Below, in pieces: positions 9,291 to 19,183 of a stretch of 64,000 bases of DNA (the stretch's first letter is position 1; the number at the start of each line of letters is the position of its first letter). Made by a program: the position numbers and the translations under genes. The notes under the pieces are model-generated. The model was not told the DNA's origin, did no database searches, and saw only the letters and a list, made by a program, of their open reading frames with translations. This DNA is from Ignisphaera sp. (GTDB taxonomy: Archaea; Thermoproteota; Thermoprotei_A; Sulfolobales; Ignisphaeraceae). The stretch lies in assembly GCA_038889075.1 (NCBI GenBank), contig JAWAHS010000002.1:268930-332929 (forward strand), read 5' to 3'.

Positions 9291-10034
9291 TTACAATGCT
9301 ATCCTTATAATTGAATCTAGAACTATTTTACCTGCCCTTTCTACATATCCTCTGAGTTCTTCGGCAGATGCAAAACCTAGTTCTTCAACAAGGGAGTCGC
9401 TTACCATAAGCAGCGCTCCAACTTTTACTCCCCTCATACTTCCAAGCATAAACAGCCCAGCACACTCCATTTCAACAGCTGTGATTCCTCTAGAAGTCCA
9501 TTTTTTAGTAAATTCAGGATCTTCAGCATAGAATGCATCACTACTTACAATAGGGCCTATAACATAGTTGACACCCGATTTCTGCACCTCTTCAACTAAT
9601 GTTTTCAAGACTTCAAAATGCGGTGCTGTAGCTGTACATATGGATTCCTTTAGATACTGGTAAAAAGCACCACCAGGATAATAGGCTGCAGCAGTTGGTA
9701 TAACTACATCACCTATCCTGAGACCTTTAACCATGGCACCACAGGTACCAAACCTAATGATAATTCTCGCACCAAGCATTACAAGTTCTTCAAATACTAA
9801 CATTGATGATGGGTGTCCAACTCCATGTACAGCTATTGATACTGGTACCCCTTTATAGGCTCCTGTGTATACAGTAAATCCTCTATTAGTATTGACGAGC
9901 CTCGGATTTTCAATCATCTTTATAAGCTGTTCAACTCTAGCAGGATCTCCAGCTACAACAACCCTCTCAGCAACATCTCCCCTCTTAGCCTTTATATGTA
10001 TAGGTCCAATCAAATTCAGCACCAAATTAAACAT
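9291..10034 (-). CDS. deoD: Purine nucleoside phosphorylase (DeoD/PNP-UDP1 family)
   Basis: GDPARV, NTNRG, IRFGTCG, SSDAFY, VEMECA, VSD motifs. Confidence 0.9.
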   Translation of the reverse strand: MFNLVLNLIGPIHIKAKRGDVAERVVVAGDPARVEQLIKMIENPRLVNTNRGFTVYTGAYKGVPVSIAVHGVGHPSSMLVFEELVMLGARIIIRFGTCGAMVKGLRIGDVVIPTAAAYYPGGAFYQYLKESICTATAPHFEVLKTLVEEVQKSGVNYVIGPIVSSDAFYAEDPEFTKKWTSRGITAVEMECAGLFMLGSMRGVKVGALLMVSDSLVEELGFASAEELRGYVERAGKIVLDSIIRIAL

Positions 10035-10161
10035 TATAGAGCAAGTATATAAAACCTCTTTTTAGCACAAACGAGGAGAATGGAAATCGCCTCTATAGTA
10101 TATAAAGGATGTATATAGCACTACTTATTAAGTAACAGTAGACAGAATAGTATAAGGTGTA

Positions 10162-10377
10162 TTGAAGATGGCGCAGTACCTTATTATAAAATGTGAAAAG
10201 TGTGGAAACTTTATTGCTATTAAAGAGAATAGTAAATCATTTAGATGTCCCTACTGTGGAGTTAGAAGCACCGTTGTTGACAGTTTTGGAAAAATGAGGT
10301 TTAAAATATATGCTGTTGCTGATGGAAGGGAGGTGCCGAAGAAACTGGCAGAACTTAAGAGGTTAGAGAAGATCTAG
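10162..10377 (+). CDS. Small zinc-ribbon protein (DUF1922-like)
   Basis: CEKC...CPYC zinc knuckles, 71 aa, SD-like AAGGTG upstream. Confidence 0.7.
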   Translation: MKMAQYLIIKCEKCGNFIAIKENSKSFRCPYCGVRSTVVDSFGKMRFKIYAVADGREVPKKLAELKRLEKI

Positions 10378-10528
10378 AATAGCAATAAGTATGAAGATGG
10401 ATCCGGATTTTAAAGAAGTCTATTAAATATAAATACCTGCAAATCTAGTAGTAGAATACTTTCAAATACCGCTACCCTTTTATTAGAAGGTAATTATCTA
10501 GTGAGAAATCTATGAATCTAGACATCAT

Positions 10529-11743
10529 TTGGTGAATTTGAAAATGGATATTCCAGAAAAGCTTAGAGAGCTACTATTCGGTAATGTTGTAGAAGGTTTA
10601 CAGTACTTCTGTCTAGAGAGGTGGCAAAGTCTCCATGAAAATAGGGCATCGATTGTACTTAGCGAGAGTGGTGTACATCCACTTACACTTTTAGAGTTAG
10701 AGGAATATGGTGTAGATATCCATGCTGTTCTAGAGCGTGAAATCGGCTATGGCTGGACTAGGGGATCCCCCGAACTACGGGAGAGGATATCCGAACTATA
10801 TGGAGGAGCTGTAGGGATCGAAGATGTTGTTATAACTAACGGTTCAGCAGAGGCTAATTTTATTACGGTACTTAGCACTATTTCGAGAGACGGTACCGTA
10901 GTTGTTGATGTTCCAAACTACATGCAGGTACCAGGGCTGTTGAAATGGATCGGTGCAAAGGTTATTTATCTTTGGAGAGAGCCTCCAGATTGGAGATTCC
11001 CTGTAGAAAAAGCTATAGAACTTATGGAGAGATACAGACCTAAAGCAGTCTTTGTAACAGATCCTAATAATCCAACAGGATCGTATATGGATGCAAAGGA
11101 GCTAAAGATGCTGGTGGAAGAGGCTGAGAGAAGAGGAACCCTTCTAATATTCGATGAGGTTTACTGGGGATCTGAGAGAAGTGGATCAAGGAGTAGCGCT
11201 ATACAGGTTTCAGATGGAGAGAACACAATCTCCATCTCAGGACTCTCTAAAGTGTATGGTCTACCAGGTCTAAGAATAGGATGGATAGCAACAAGGTGCC
11301 AAAGGTGTGTTGAGAAGATGTTGGGTTTGAAGGATTACACAAGCATAGCACCTTCAATTTTAAGTGATTATATAGCTTCTAAAATCCTTACTCAAAATAA
11401 TGTAGACAGGTTAAGAAGGAGGGCTAGGTGGATAGTTGAAAAGAACATAGAGATTCTAAAGAATGAACTTACACATAGAGGGAACATTATAGAGGTCTAC
11501 TGGCCATCTGCAGGAGCATTTATATGGGCAAAAACTCCATGGACTAAACACACCCTTGAACTCGCATATACACTATATGAAAGATATGGTGTGTTGATCA
11601 ATCCTGGAGAGTGTTTTGAAATAAAGGGCTATCTTAGAATAGGTATAGGACAAAAACCAGAAGTATTCGGTAGAAATATCAGATATACACTCAATTCGAT
11701 TGAAGAATTCCAAAGGAAATACTACAATCGAAATATCTGCTGA
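10529..11743 (+). CDS. Class I/II PLP-dependent aminotransferase
   Basis: PNNPTG, DEVY, GLSKVYGLPGLRIGW. Confidence 0.9.
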   Translation: MVNLKMDIPEKLRELLFGNVVEGLQYFCLERWQSLHENRASIVLSESGVHPLTLLELEEYGVDIHAVLEREIGYGWTRGSPELRERISELYGGAVGIEDVVITNGSAEANFITVLSTISRDGTVVVDVPNYMQVPGLLKWIGAKVIYLWREPPDWRFPVEKAIELMERYRPKAVFVTDPNNPTGSYMDAKELKMLVEEAERRGTLLIFDEVYWGSERSGSRSSAIQVSDGENTISISGLSKVYGLPGLRIGWIATRCQRCVEKMLGLKDYTSIAPSILSDYIASKILTQNNVDRLRRRARWIVEKNIEILKNELTHRGNIIEVYWPSAGAFIWAKTPWTKHTLELAYTLYERYGVLINPGECFEIKGYLRIGIGQKPEVFGRNIRYTLNSIEEFQRKYYNRNIC

Positions 11744-11994
11744 TGAATCAATTAACAGTGCTCTCACATACTACAGAGAATTAGTTTTAAACCTTTATTC
11801 GCCTCCCAGATTCCAATATACATATCCCAGCAGTTTAGCAGTGACAAATGTAGCAAAAGAAAAATCTGTATACAATGCATACATGTTGGTAAATAGTTTT
11901 CCTCTAAATTTATGGGAATTCTCTTTAGAACTTGGAGTGGGAAGTATCTAATTAATGCAGTAAAATTCAGGAGTATAACTTGGGTAGTAGAAAA

Positions 11995-12372
11995 CTATTG
12001 TTGTTTGAATTCCATTTGCTTAGTCTCCGGTAGTTCTATTTTCGAGAATTTTTCAATTATTTTATTTATATATTCGCCCTTTACATACCACCGAACAGGA
12101 TTGTCTTCAATCCTATCCACTATACCATATTCCATTAATTTGTAAAGTCTCTTCCATATTTGTAGATACTTCGCACTTCTATCAATTTTTATTTTTATAG
12201 TTCTATGGATATCGGGCGTTGGTAGTGCATGGTTCTGGTCAAATGCTCTATTCTTTAATAAAACTAGCAGAATTGCTTTACATAGATCATCGTTCAGTAC
12301 TGTCTCTAAAACACTGTAGTTCTCTATCTCTTCTCTATCTATATCAATCTCAAACTCCATATAGTAAAACAC
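11995..12372 (-). CDS. Winged-helix DNA-binding protein
   Basis: IWKRLYKLMEYGIVDRIEDNPVRWYV resembles a wHTH recognition helix plus wing. Confidence 0.6.
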   Translation of the reverse strand: MFYYMEFEIDIDREEIENYSVLETVLNDDLCKAILLVLLKNRAFDQNHALPTPDIHRTIKIKIDRSAKYLQIWKRLYKLMEYGIVDRIEDNPVRWYVKGEYINKIIEKFSKIELPETKQMEFKQQ

Positions 12373-12547
12373 CTACTACTCGAGAACAGTTTTTGGAGTC
12401 TGTAGCTAGATAACATGTTACACAAATTCACAGCGATAAGGGTATTAAAGCATATTCAATCCTATACAGTGATGCAGATTAAGCTACGTAGAATATTGAG
12501 TTGAATTAGAAAACAATGTATACTACTTTTTTGACTATAGATAACGG

Positions 12548-13486
12548 CTAAGCTATTGGTACCTCCGTTACCCAACTTCTATATTTTTCAATTCTACCAA
12601 GAGTGATTCTGCTATAGAGTTCTTGAATCTTTCTCGTGAGCTCACCTGGTTTACCATTGCCAATAACTCTACCATCTATTTCAACAACAGGTGCTATTTC
12701 AGCTGCTGTACCTGTTAAGAATACTTCATCTGCTGTATACAGTTCAGCTCTCCTTATTCTCCTTTCGATAACCTCTACACCGAGAATCTCCTTTGCAACC
12801 CTGATAACAGTATCCCTCGTAATCCCCTCGAGAATGCTACTATATACGGGTGGTGTTAGCAATCTATCCTCCTTTACGATAAATATATTTTCTCCAGAAC
12901 CCTCAGAGACGTATCCTTCAGCATCAAGTAGTATAGCTTCATCAAAGCCGTGGATAGCAGCTTCAATTGATGATAGGTGGTACAGTAGATAATTTGCGGT
13001 AGCCTTAACCTCCACGGGAAGGGAATCACCTGCAGGTTTTCTCCATGAGGATACAACACATCTTATTCCATCTGGTTTAAGATACTTTCCAAACTCTATT
13101 GCAATAATAGCTACATCAACAGGGTTTCTGGCTCGTAAACCAAAGCTTCCCAAACCCCTAAATGCTATTGGTCTAATATATATATCGCTTCTAAAGCCAT
13201 TAATCTGGACAAGTTCCTTAGTTGCATTAATTAGCTGTTCAATAGTGTATGGCATCTCCATATAAATCATTTTAGCAGATCTAAAAAGTCTCTTCATATG
13301 GTCTTCGAGTCTAAAGATCTTTACAACACCATTATCGTAATAGCCTCTAATACCTTCAAAAACACCTGTACCGTAGTGAAGACCGTGTACAAATACATGC
13401 ACCTTTGCATTACTCCACTCAACAATAGAGCCATTCAACCATGCATACCTGGGCCATGTGGGCTGGATTTCCGAACTCTTAGACAC
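12548..13486 (-). CDS. ilvE: Branched-chain amino acid aminotransferase
   Basis: LHYGTGVFEGIR, YIRP, EGSGENIF, ILEGITR, TGTAAEI. Confidence 0.95.
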   Translation of the reverse strand: MSKSSEIQPTWPRYAWLNGSIVEWSNAKVHVFVHGLHYGTGVFEGIRGYYDNGVVKIFRLEDHMKRLFRSAKMIYMEMPYTIEQLINATKELVQINGFRSDIYIRPIAFRGLGSFGLRARNPVDVAIIAIEFGKYLKPDGIRCVVSSWRKPAGDSLPVEVKATANYLLYHLSSIEAAIHGFDEAILLDAEGYVSEGSGENIFIVKEDRLLTPPVYSSILEGITRDTVIRVAKEILGVEVIERRIRRAELYTADEVFLTGTAAEIAPVVEIDGRVIGNGKPGELTRKIQELYSRITLGRIEKYRSWVTEVPIA

Positions 13487-13752
13487 ATCTCTACACCTAC
13501 AGTAGGAATATTCTTCTATTGGCCGAAATTATAAACTTTATTATTAGATATAAACAGAATAAAGATATATAAATAGATACTAATAGAGAGGGTCTAGATT
13601 TGCATACAGGCTCTATTTCAATCTCAAATGGTTGGAGTATCCTAATTTAGCTTTACTGTTCCTAGCAAATACCTCTAGCTGATCGAAAAAGTGCTATGCA
13701 ATATATATTTAAACTAGCTACCTTCTATATAGTGTATTGTATTGTGTTAGCT

Positions 13753-14361
13753 ATGTCCGAAGAAGATCTACAGCTTATAAAAAATTATTTGGATAGAATT
13801 GAAGCTGCCAGAGAACATTTGATTAAACAGAGTAGGGACATCATAGGTTTATGTAAAAGGGCGATTCACGTATGTGTACGTGGTGGAGATGCATCTAAGT
13901 TGGTTTCAGATCTTAAATACAGATTTACAGAGCTGTATAATTCTGTTAAGAATATACCAGAGCTTTTCTATTCCAATCTGCTACAGTCTATCGCCATAGA
14001 ATATGTTGAAGCTCTTCAATTTTATAATGTTGTTAAAGAATCGAGGTTTGCAACACTTAATGAGCTTGGTGTACATCCTGTTGCATACATACTCGGACTA
14101 CTTGATGTTATTGGTGAGCTTAAGAGGTACTCGCTCGAACTTATAAAGAATAATAAAATTGATGATAGCTTTAGCATTCTAGAAAAAGCTGAATCCATAT
14201 ATGATTTGCTTAGTACTTTAAACTATACAGATGCTATAGTACCTGGTTTTAGGAGAAAGCTAGATATATATAGAAAGGTGATAGATGATTGGAGGGAGCT
14301 TCTAATAGATTTGAGATCGAGAAAGGATCTTATAGATAGAATAGAAAGGATAGCTATATAG
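13753..14361 (+). CDS. Translin/Trax family (archaeal C3PO-like) protein
   Basis: AREHLIKQSRDI, EYVEA, YILGLLDVIGELKR, FRRKLD motifs; ATG 13753 preferred. Confidence 0.85.
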   Translation: MSEEDLQLIKNYLDRIEAAREHLIKQSRDIIGLCKRAIHVCVRGGDASKLVSDLKYRFTELYNSVKNIPELFYSNLLQSIAIEYVEALQFYNVVKESRFATLNELGVHPVAYILGLLDVIGELKRYSLELIKNNKIDDSFSILEKAESIYDLLSTLNYTDAIVPGFRRKLDIYRKVIDDWRELLIDLRSRKDLIDRIERIAI

Positions 14362-14432
14362 GAGCACCAGTATATAAATGGTTGGGGTGTAGCTGAACGT
14401 AAAAATCGTGTTGTTTAAGGATCTACACCAGT

Positions 14433-16004
14433 TTACAGCTTTAGTTTACCTATAACCTTTACACGTATTTTCACAGCATTTCCCGGTAGATACGGCATAG
14501 CTATCTCCTCTACCTCAGCTACATCAAGTGTAGACGAATCGGCACCCGCTTCTACTGCTCTTCTCTTAGCCTCATCAACTACAGTAGCTATGGCCTTTTC
14601 TCTCGGGGTTGATTCATATGAGAAGGCTTTTTCTACAGAAGCGCCGATCAATGCTGTAGCTGCACCAACAGCGTTTGCATACTGAGCAAATTCAGGTCTT
14701 ATAACCTCTTTGGCACCGGTTAGCTTACGTGGCCACATAGCCGAACCTCCACCAACTAATATAATCGTCTCTGGTTCAGGACTGGTCTTCACCCTATCTA
14801 TAGAATCTTCGAGCATTCTAACCATTTTTTCATACACCTTTTCAACTAGTATTGGATCTATTTTCTGCCTAGCTAATTCAGGTTTGCAACGAGGATCATC
14901 TATCGACATGACACCCTTAGCTAATGCTATATCCGTTGCTGTAATAGTGTTTCCTCCCCAGGCTATTCCCTCCTCAATAAGCCTATAGCCAACACTTTCC
15001 GGACCTATCGCAATTTCATCTCTAGATACCTTGATGATGCTTCCTCCAGCAAGACCAACGGCAACAACATCAGGAGATCTTATATTCGTTCTTACACCAG
15101 CTATTTCTATCTCTAGAGCTTCCCTTGGATATCCCTTTCTCAATACACCTATATTAGATGTAGTCCCACCAGTATCAACAACTATTGCATTAGGTATTTT
15201 TGTAAGAACGTATGCACCTCTAATGCTATTGGATATAGGAGCTACTACAGTAAATATAGGGTATTTCGCTATATACTCTTTTGTAGCTATGGTCCCATCG
15301 TTTTGAGCAAAGAACATCCTTGCATGATCTAGATTTAGATCATGGAGAGACTTCTCAAGAGCTGTAATTGCTCTCTGCATAACTCCTAGAACAGCTGCAT
15401 TAAGTATTGTAGCATTCTCTCTTTCGAGTAGACCTATGGATCCTATTTCATACGATAAGACTATGGGGGTCCCGGGCATTATTTCCATAGCCTTCTCTTT
15501 AACAAATAGTTCGTGTTCTGGGTTCACAATTGAGAAAACAGATGTAACCGCTATTGCATCAACCTTCATATCCTTAAATGCATGTAAGGCTTTGGTAATA
15601 CCATCTCTATCCAATTCAACTATATGCTCACCAGTATATTCATGGCCTCCTCTAATAATAGTATAGCCAGCTATTACAGCTCTTTTAAGATCTTCAGGCC
15701 AGTCAAGACCTGGGTCGACTGATCTTGTTGCAGGGGCACCGATCCTAATTACACCAACTCTTCCAAGGTTTTTACGCTGTACAATTGCATTAATTATATG
15801 TGTTGTTCCAAAGGATACGGAGGCGATCTCATCCCTATTAATAGCAGTTTTTTCAAGTACAAGCTTCATTGAATTGATAATACCTGTTGTAACATCAGGA
15901 GTTGTAATAGTCTTTGCTCCACCAATGAAGTTCCCATTTTCATCAACAATAACGGCATCGGTATGCGTGCTGCCAACATCTACTCCAAGTATATATTTGG
16001 TCAT
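14433..16004 (-). CDS. Hydantoinase/oxoprolinase family protein (HyuA-like)
   Basis: GVDVGSTHTDAV, GTTHIINA, ERENATILNA, DTGGTTS, ANAVGAA. Confidence 0.9.
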   Translation of the reverse strand: MTKYILGVDVGSTHTDAVIVDENGNFIGGAKTITTPDVTTGIINSMKLVLEKTAINRDEIASVSFGTTHIINAIVQRKNLGRVGVIRIGAPATRSVDPGLDWPEDLKRAVIAGYTIIRGGHEYTGEHIVELDRDGITKALHAFKDMKVDAIAVTSVFSIVNPEHELFVKEKAMEIMPGTPIVLSYEIGSIGLLERENATILNAAVLGVMQRAITALEKSLHDLNLDHARMFFAQNDGTIATKEYIAKYPIFTVVAPISNSIRGAYVLTKIPNAIVVDTGGTTSNIGVLRKGYPREALEIEIAGVRTNIRSPDVVAVGLAGGSIIKVSRDEIAIGPESVGYRLIEEGIAWGGNTITATDIALAKGVMSIDDPRCKPELARQKIDPILVEKVYEKMVRMLEDSIDRVKTSPEPETIILVGGGSAMWPRKLTGAKEVIRPEFAQYANAVGAATALIGASVEKAFSYESTPREKAIATVVDEAKRRAVEAGADSSTLDVAEVEEIAMPYLPGNAVKIRVKVIGKLKL

Positions 16005-16008
16005 GGAG

Positions 16009-17091
16009 CTACACCTTTTTCACACGCACCTCTATAGGTACGTAATCAACATCGTAGCCAAAGTATCTAGGACCCACGGTTTTTATTCCTTCTTCGGTCC
16101 TCCACTTGCTATCACATGGAATACCTATAACTGCTACTCTGAGTCCGTATCTAAGCCTTTCAGTGGTTATAGGTCTCGCAGATTCAAGATCTAGAACTGA
16201 TATTATATCTGGTGTTGAGGCTATGATCTCTCCATCCTTTATAGCTACAAGGTTTTCATTCTGAAACCTTATGACCATTTTAGAGTTTCTATATTCGTCA
16301 AAACCTTCAATAACCATTTCACCTCTAGCAAAACCACCTAGATTGAATCTCGCTACATCAACTATCTTACCCCTGAATATCATGAAGCCCTTTGCAACAT
16401 CTAGTATAGCATCGAATACGTTAACTCCTCTTCTCTTAGCTTCTCTAATAGTTCTGCCGAGCTCTAGTGCAAGCGAAGGTGTGTATTTAACTACACCTCG
16501 CCTATAGTTCTTTCCATTCATAGCGTATATAGCTATGTACGCGGAACCTCCAAACTTTATGGTAATGGCTCTGGCTATCTTTTCAGCCCAGAAGTTATCA
16601 ATAGTATCAAGCACTACAGAGTTTCCCCTTTCATCAGAGAGAACCATGGGTGTGGCCTTTACGCCAATTAGATGAAAAGTAACCATTTGGAGCTCTGGAA
16701 ATGCTCTACCCATTCCATCGCCATTGAGAAGGGGCTTACCGGTATAGGCGGCAGCTACAATTGGAATCATGGAGTTAACTCCACCAGCCTCGATCTGAGT
16801 TACATACCTAGCCTCCTTACCATAGTATTTCTCAATGCTACGTAAAACCCATATAACCTCATCACCACCAGGAATTTTCTCTATCAATACTGTTGGTGTA
16901 CCCATCATAGCTACGGGGACTATGAAATCATCGTCGTCAACGGTGTCAGGATCCACTAACTCAACCTTTTTACCCTTTTCAATAGCTTGAATAGCCATTA
17001 ACATACCTATATACGGATCTCCACCTCCGCCAGCTCCAAGTATGGCAGCGCCTAACGCCATATCCCTTACATCTTGTGGTGATAGTATCAT
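16009..17091 (-). CDS. DUF917 family protein (S-methyl thiohydantoin desulfurase-like)
   Basis: GAAILGAGGGGDP, EAGGVNS, DGMGRAFPELQM, FQNENL, PDII, GPRYFG. Confidence 0.9.
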   Translation of the reverse strand: MILSPQDVRDMALGAAILGAGGGGDPYIGMLMAIQAIEKGKKVELVDPDTVDDDDFIVPVAMMGTPTVLIEKIPGGDEVIWVLRSIEKYYGKEARYVTQIEAGGVNSMIPIVAAAYTGKPLLNGDGMGRAFPELQMVTFHLIGVKATPMVLSDERGNSVVLDTIDNFWAEKIARAITIKFGGSAYIAIYAMNGKNYRRGVVKYTPSLALELGRTIREAKRRGVNVFDAILDVAKGFMIFRGKIVDVARFNLGGFARGEMVIEGFDEYRNSKMVIRFQNENLVAIKDGEIIASTPDIISVLDLESARPITTERLRYGLRVAVIGIPCDSKWRTEEGIKTVGPRYFGYDVDYVPIEVRVKKV

Positions 17092-17238
17092 TGTGGATAC
17101 ACAGATGTTTAAAGCAAACGCAGGTGTTTATAAATTTATATAGCAATTATATTTTTATTATTTTGATAAATATTTATATAGTTCAGCATTTGCAAATCTA
17201 TTTATACAAGTATATAGAATCGTGTATGGGTGGTTTTA

Positions 17239-18594
17239 ATGTCACAAGGAAAAGATGTATACGGAGACTACGCTACGCTACCCGTACCTAAGGAGGAACT
17301 TAGGTCGACATTAAATATATTCATGGTTTACATGGGTGTACTGGCCGTTATAGCAGCCATATTTGCTGGATCTGGATTGGCTCAGATGTACGACCTTAGA
17401 ACAACAATAGTTGTAGCACTCATTGGAAATATTCTCCTAGCTATATTTGGAGGGCTAATTGCATATATAGGTGGAGTTACCAGGGCAAACACGTATATGC
17501 TGCTAAGATATCCACTAGGTAAGATTGGAGCTGCTATTGGAAGTCTTATAGTCTCAGCCCTTCCCTTAATTATATGGTTTGCCGTAGAGACGTGGCTATT
17601 TGCAATAACTGTAAATGTCATCTACCCTGGACATCCATTGACGACAATAGTAGCCTCCTCTATATGGGGAGGTATTCTCATGATGATAACGGCCTATATT
17701 GGTTACAAAGCCCTTGCTGTACTAAGCTACATAACAGTACCATTCTGGTATACATTAATTGTAATAGGATTTGCGGCAGCTGTTGACCTAAACGGTGGAT
17801 TCGAATCTCTTTGGAGAGTCGGCCCATCAAGCATAGCACCTCTAGGTATTGGAATAACATATGTGTTTGGTCTATATGCAGCAGGATGTGTTATAACATC
17901 TGATGTTTCTAGATACGGCATTAAGAGATGGTCTGGTAGTGTAGCATGGGCACTTCATGTAGCAATATTTATGACAGCACTACTGTTTGCAGGAGCAGCC
18001 ATGACGCTGCTAACAGGAGCTCCTAATGTTATTGTAGCTATTGCACAGATAGGTCTTGGTGTAGGTGCTCTCCTATTAGCAATTCTAGGGCAATGGACAA
18101 CCAATGATAACAATCTATGGAGTGCAGCACTAGCGTGGATAAATATAACTGGCAAATTCCAAAAAAAGGTATGGGTCTTGATAACAGGTATCATAGGAAC
18201 TATAATCTCAGCTCTCTGGGGAGGGCTATGGGGCATGAGCTTAGATCCATTCATATCATTCGGCACACTGCTTGGAAACTTTATACCACCTGTTGGAGCT
18301 GTCTTAATAGCAGACTACTACATAGTGAGTAAATACATCGTTAAAAGAGACTACAGATTTTCACCAGGAACGAAGATCAGCTTAGTAAACATACCTGGAA
18401 TACTGTCAATGTTTATCGGAGGTTTCATAGGCTGGATATCAACTACATATGGAGTACATCTCCCAACAGGGGTAGGTGTTGCAGATTCTATAATAACATC
18501 GTTTATACTATACCTTCTATTGGTAGTAGCCATGCATAAACTCAATGTAAAGTTTGAAGTAGGTGGATGGATAGTAGGTGAAACGGGTATATAG
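17239..18594 (+). CDS. NCS1 family (cytosine/purine) permease
   Basis: Polytopic membrane protein with WFAVET, SDVSRY, QWTTNDNNLWS, PPVGAVLIADYY. Confidence 0.88.
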   Translation: MSQGKDVYGDYATLPVPKEELRSTLNIFMVYMGVLAVIAAIFAGSGLAQMYDLRTTIVVALIGNILLAIFGGLIAYIGGVTRANTYMLLRYPLGKIGAAIGSLIVSALPLIIWFAVETWLFAITVNVIYPGHPLTTIVASSIWGGILMMITAYIGYKALAVLSYITVPFWYTLIVIGFAAAVDLNGGFESLWRVGPSSIAPLGIGITYVFGLYAAGCVITSDVSRYGIKRWSGSVAWALHVAIFMTALLFAGAAMTLLTGAPNVIVAIAQIGLGVGALLLAILGQWTTNDNNLWSAALAWINITGKFQKKVWVLITGIIGTIISALWGGLWGMSLDPFISFGTLLGNFIPPVGAVLIADYYIVSKYIVKRDYRFSPGTKISLVNIPGILSMFIGGFIGWISTTYGVHLPTGVGVADSIITSFILYLLLVVAMHKLNVKFEVGGWIVGETGI

Positions 18595-18604
18595 GTGGTG
18601 AAAT

Positions 18605-19012
18605 ATGGAGGAAACATTAGATATTAAAAGATTTGCACTAACATCACTTTACCTAATGCTAGTATTTGGTATTATAACAATCGTCTTAGGCTACATGACC
18701 AACAACTATAGGGGCTTTTACCTCTCACTAACGCTAGGTCTGATTATCATAATAACAACTATTGTATACATACCACTAATACATAGACGCAGAGATGATG
18801 ATGCAAAGAATATCGCCGTACCAACACTCCAAGCACTATGGGTTACAACATCGATGGCTTTGGGATATGTAGTTACAGCATATGCACCCTACTTCAATAT
18901 ACCAATCGCTATAGCAACAGCTCTATTTATAATAGGCTTCATAGTAATGGTTTATGGAGTATATGCTATGTTAAAAATTAGTAGAGTAGCTAAAGTACCG
19001 CTTGCAGTATAA
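18605..19012 (+). CDS. Hypothetical 4-TM membrane protein
   Basis: Four hydrophobic segments; GGTGGTG SD; 10 bp after the permease. Confidence 0.75.
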   Translation: MEETLDIKRFALTSLYLMLVFGIITIVLGYMTNNYRGFYLSLTLGLIIIITTIVYIPLIHRRRDDDAKNIAVPTLQALWVTTSMALGYVVTAYAPYFNIPIAIATALFIIGFIVMVYGVYAMLKISRVAKVPLAV

Positions 19013-19183
19013 TACATCATATCATTTAACAATTTTAGATATCCTACCCGATTCAATTTTTTATTTATATTTAAAGTATATCTTTTGGTTCTATCTATGA
19101 TTTTAGATAAGTGATTAAATAATACTAGAGTGAATAAAAGTATATTTATAGCTAACAATTTATTATATTAGGTTGCGTGAATT

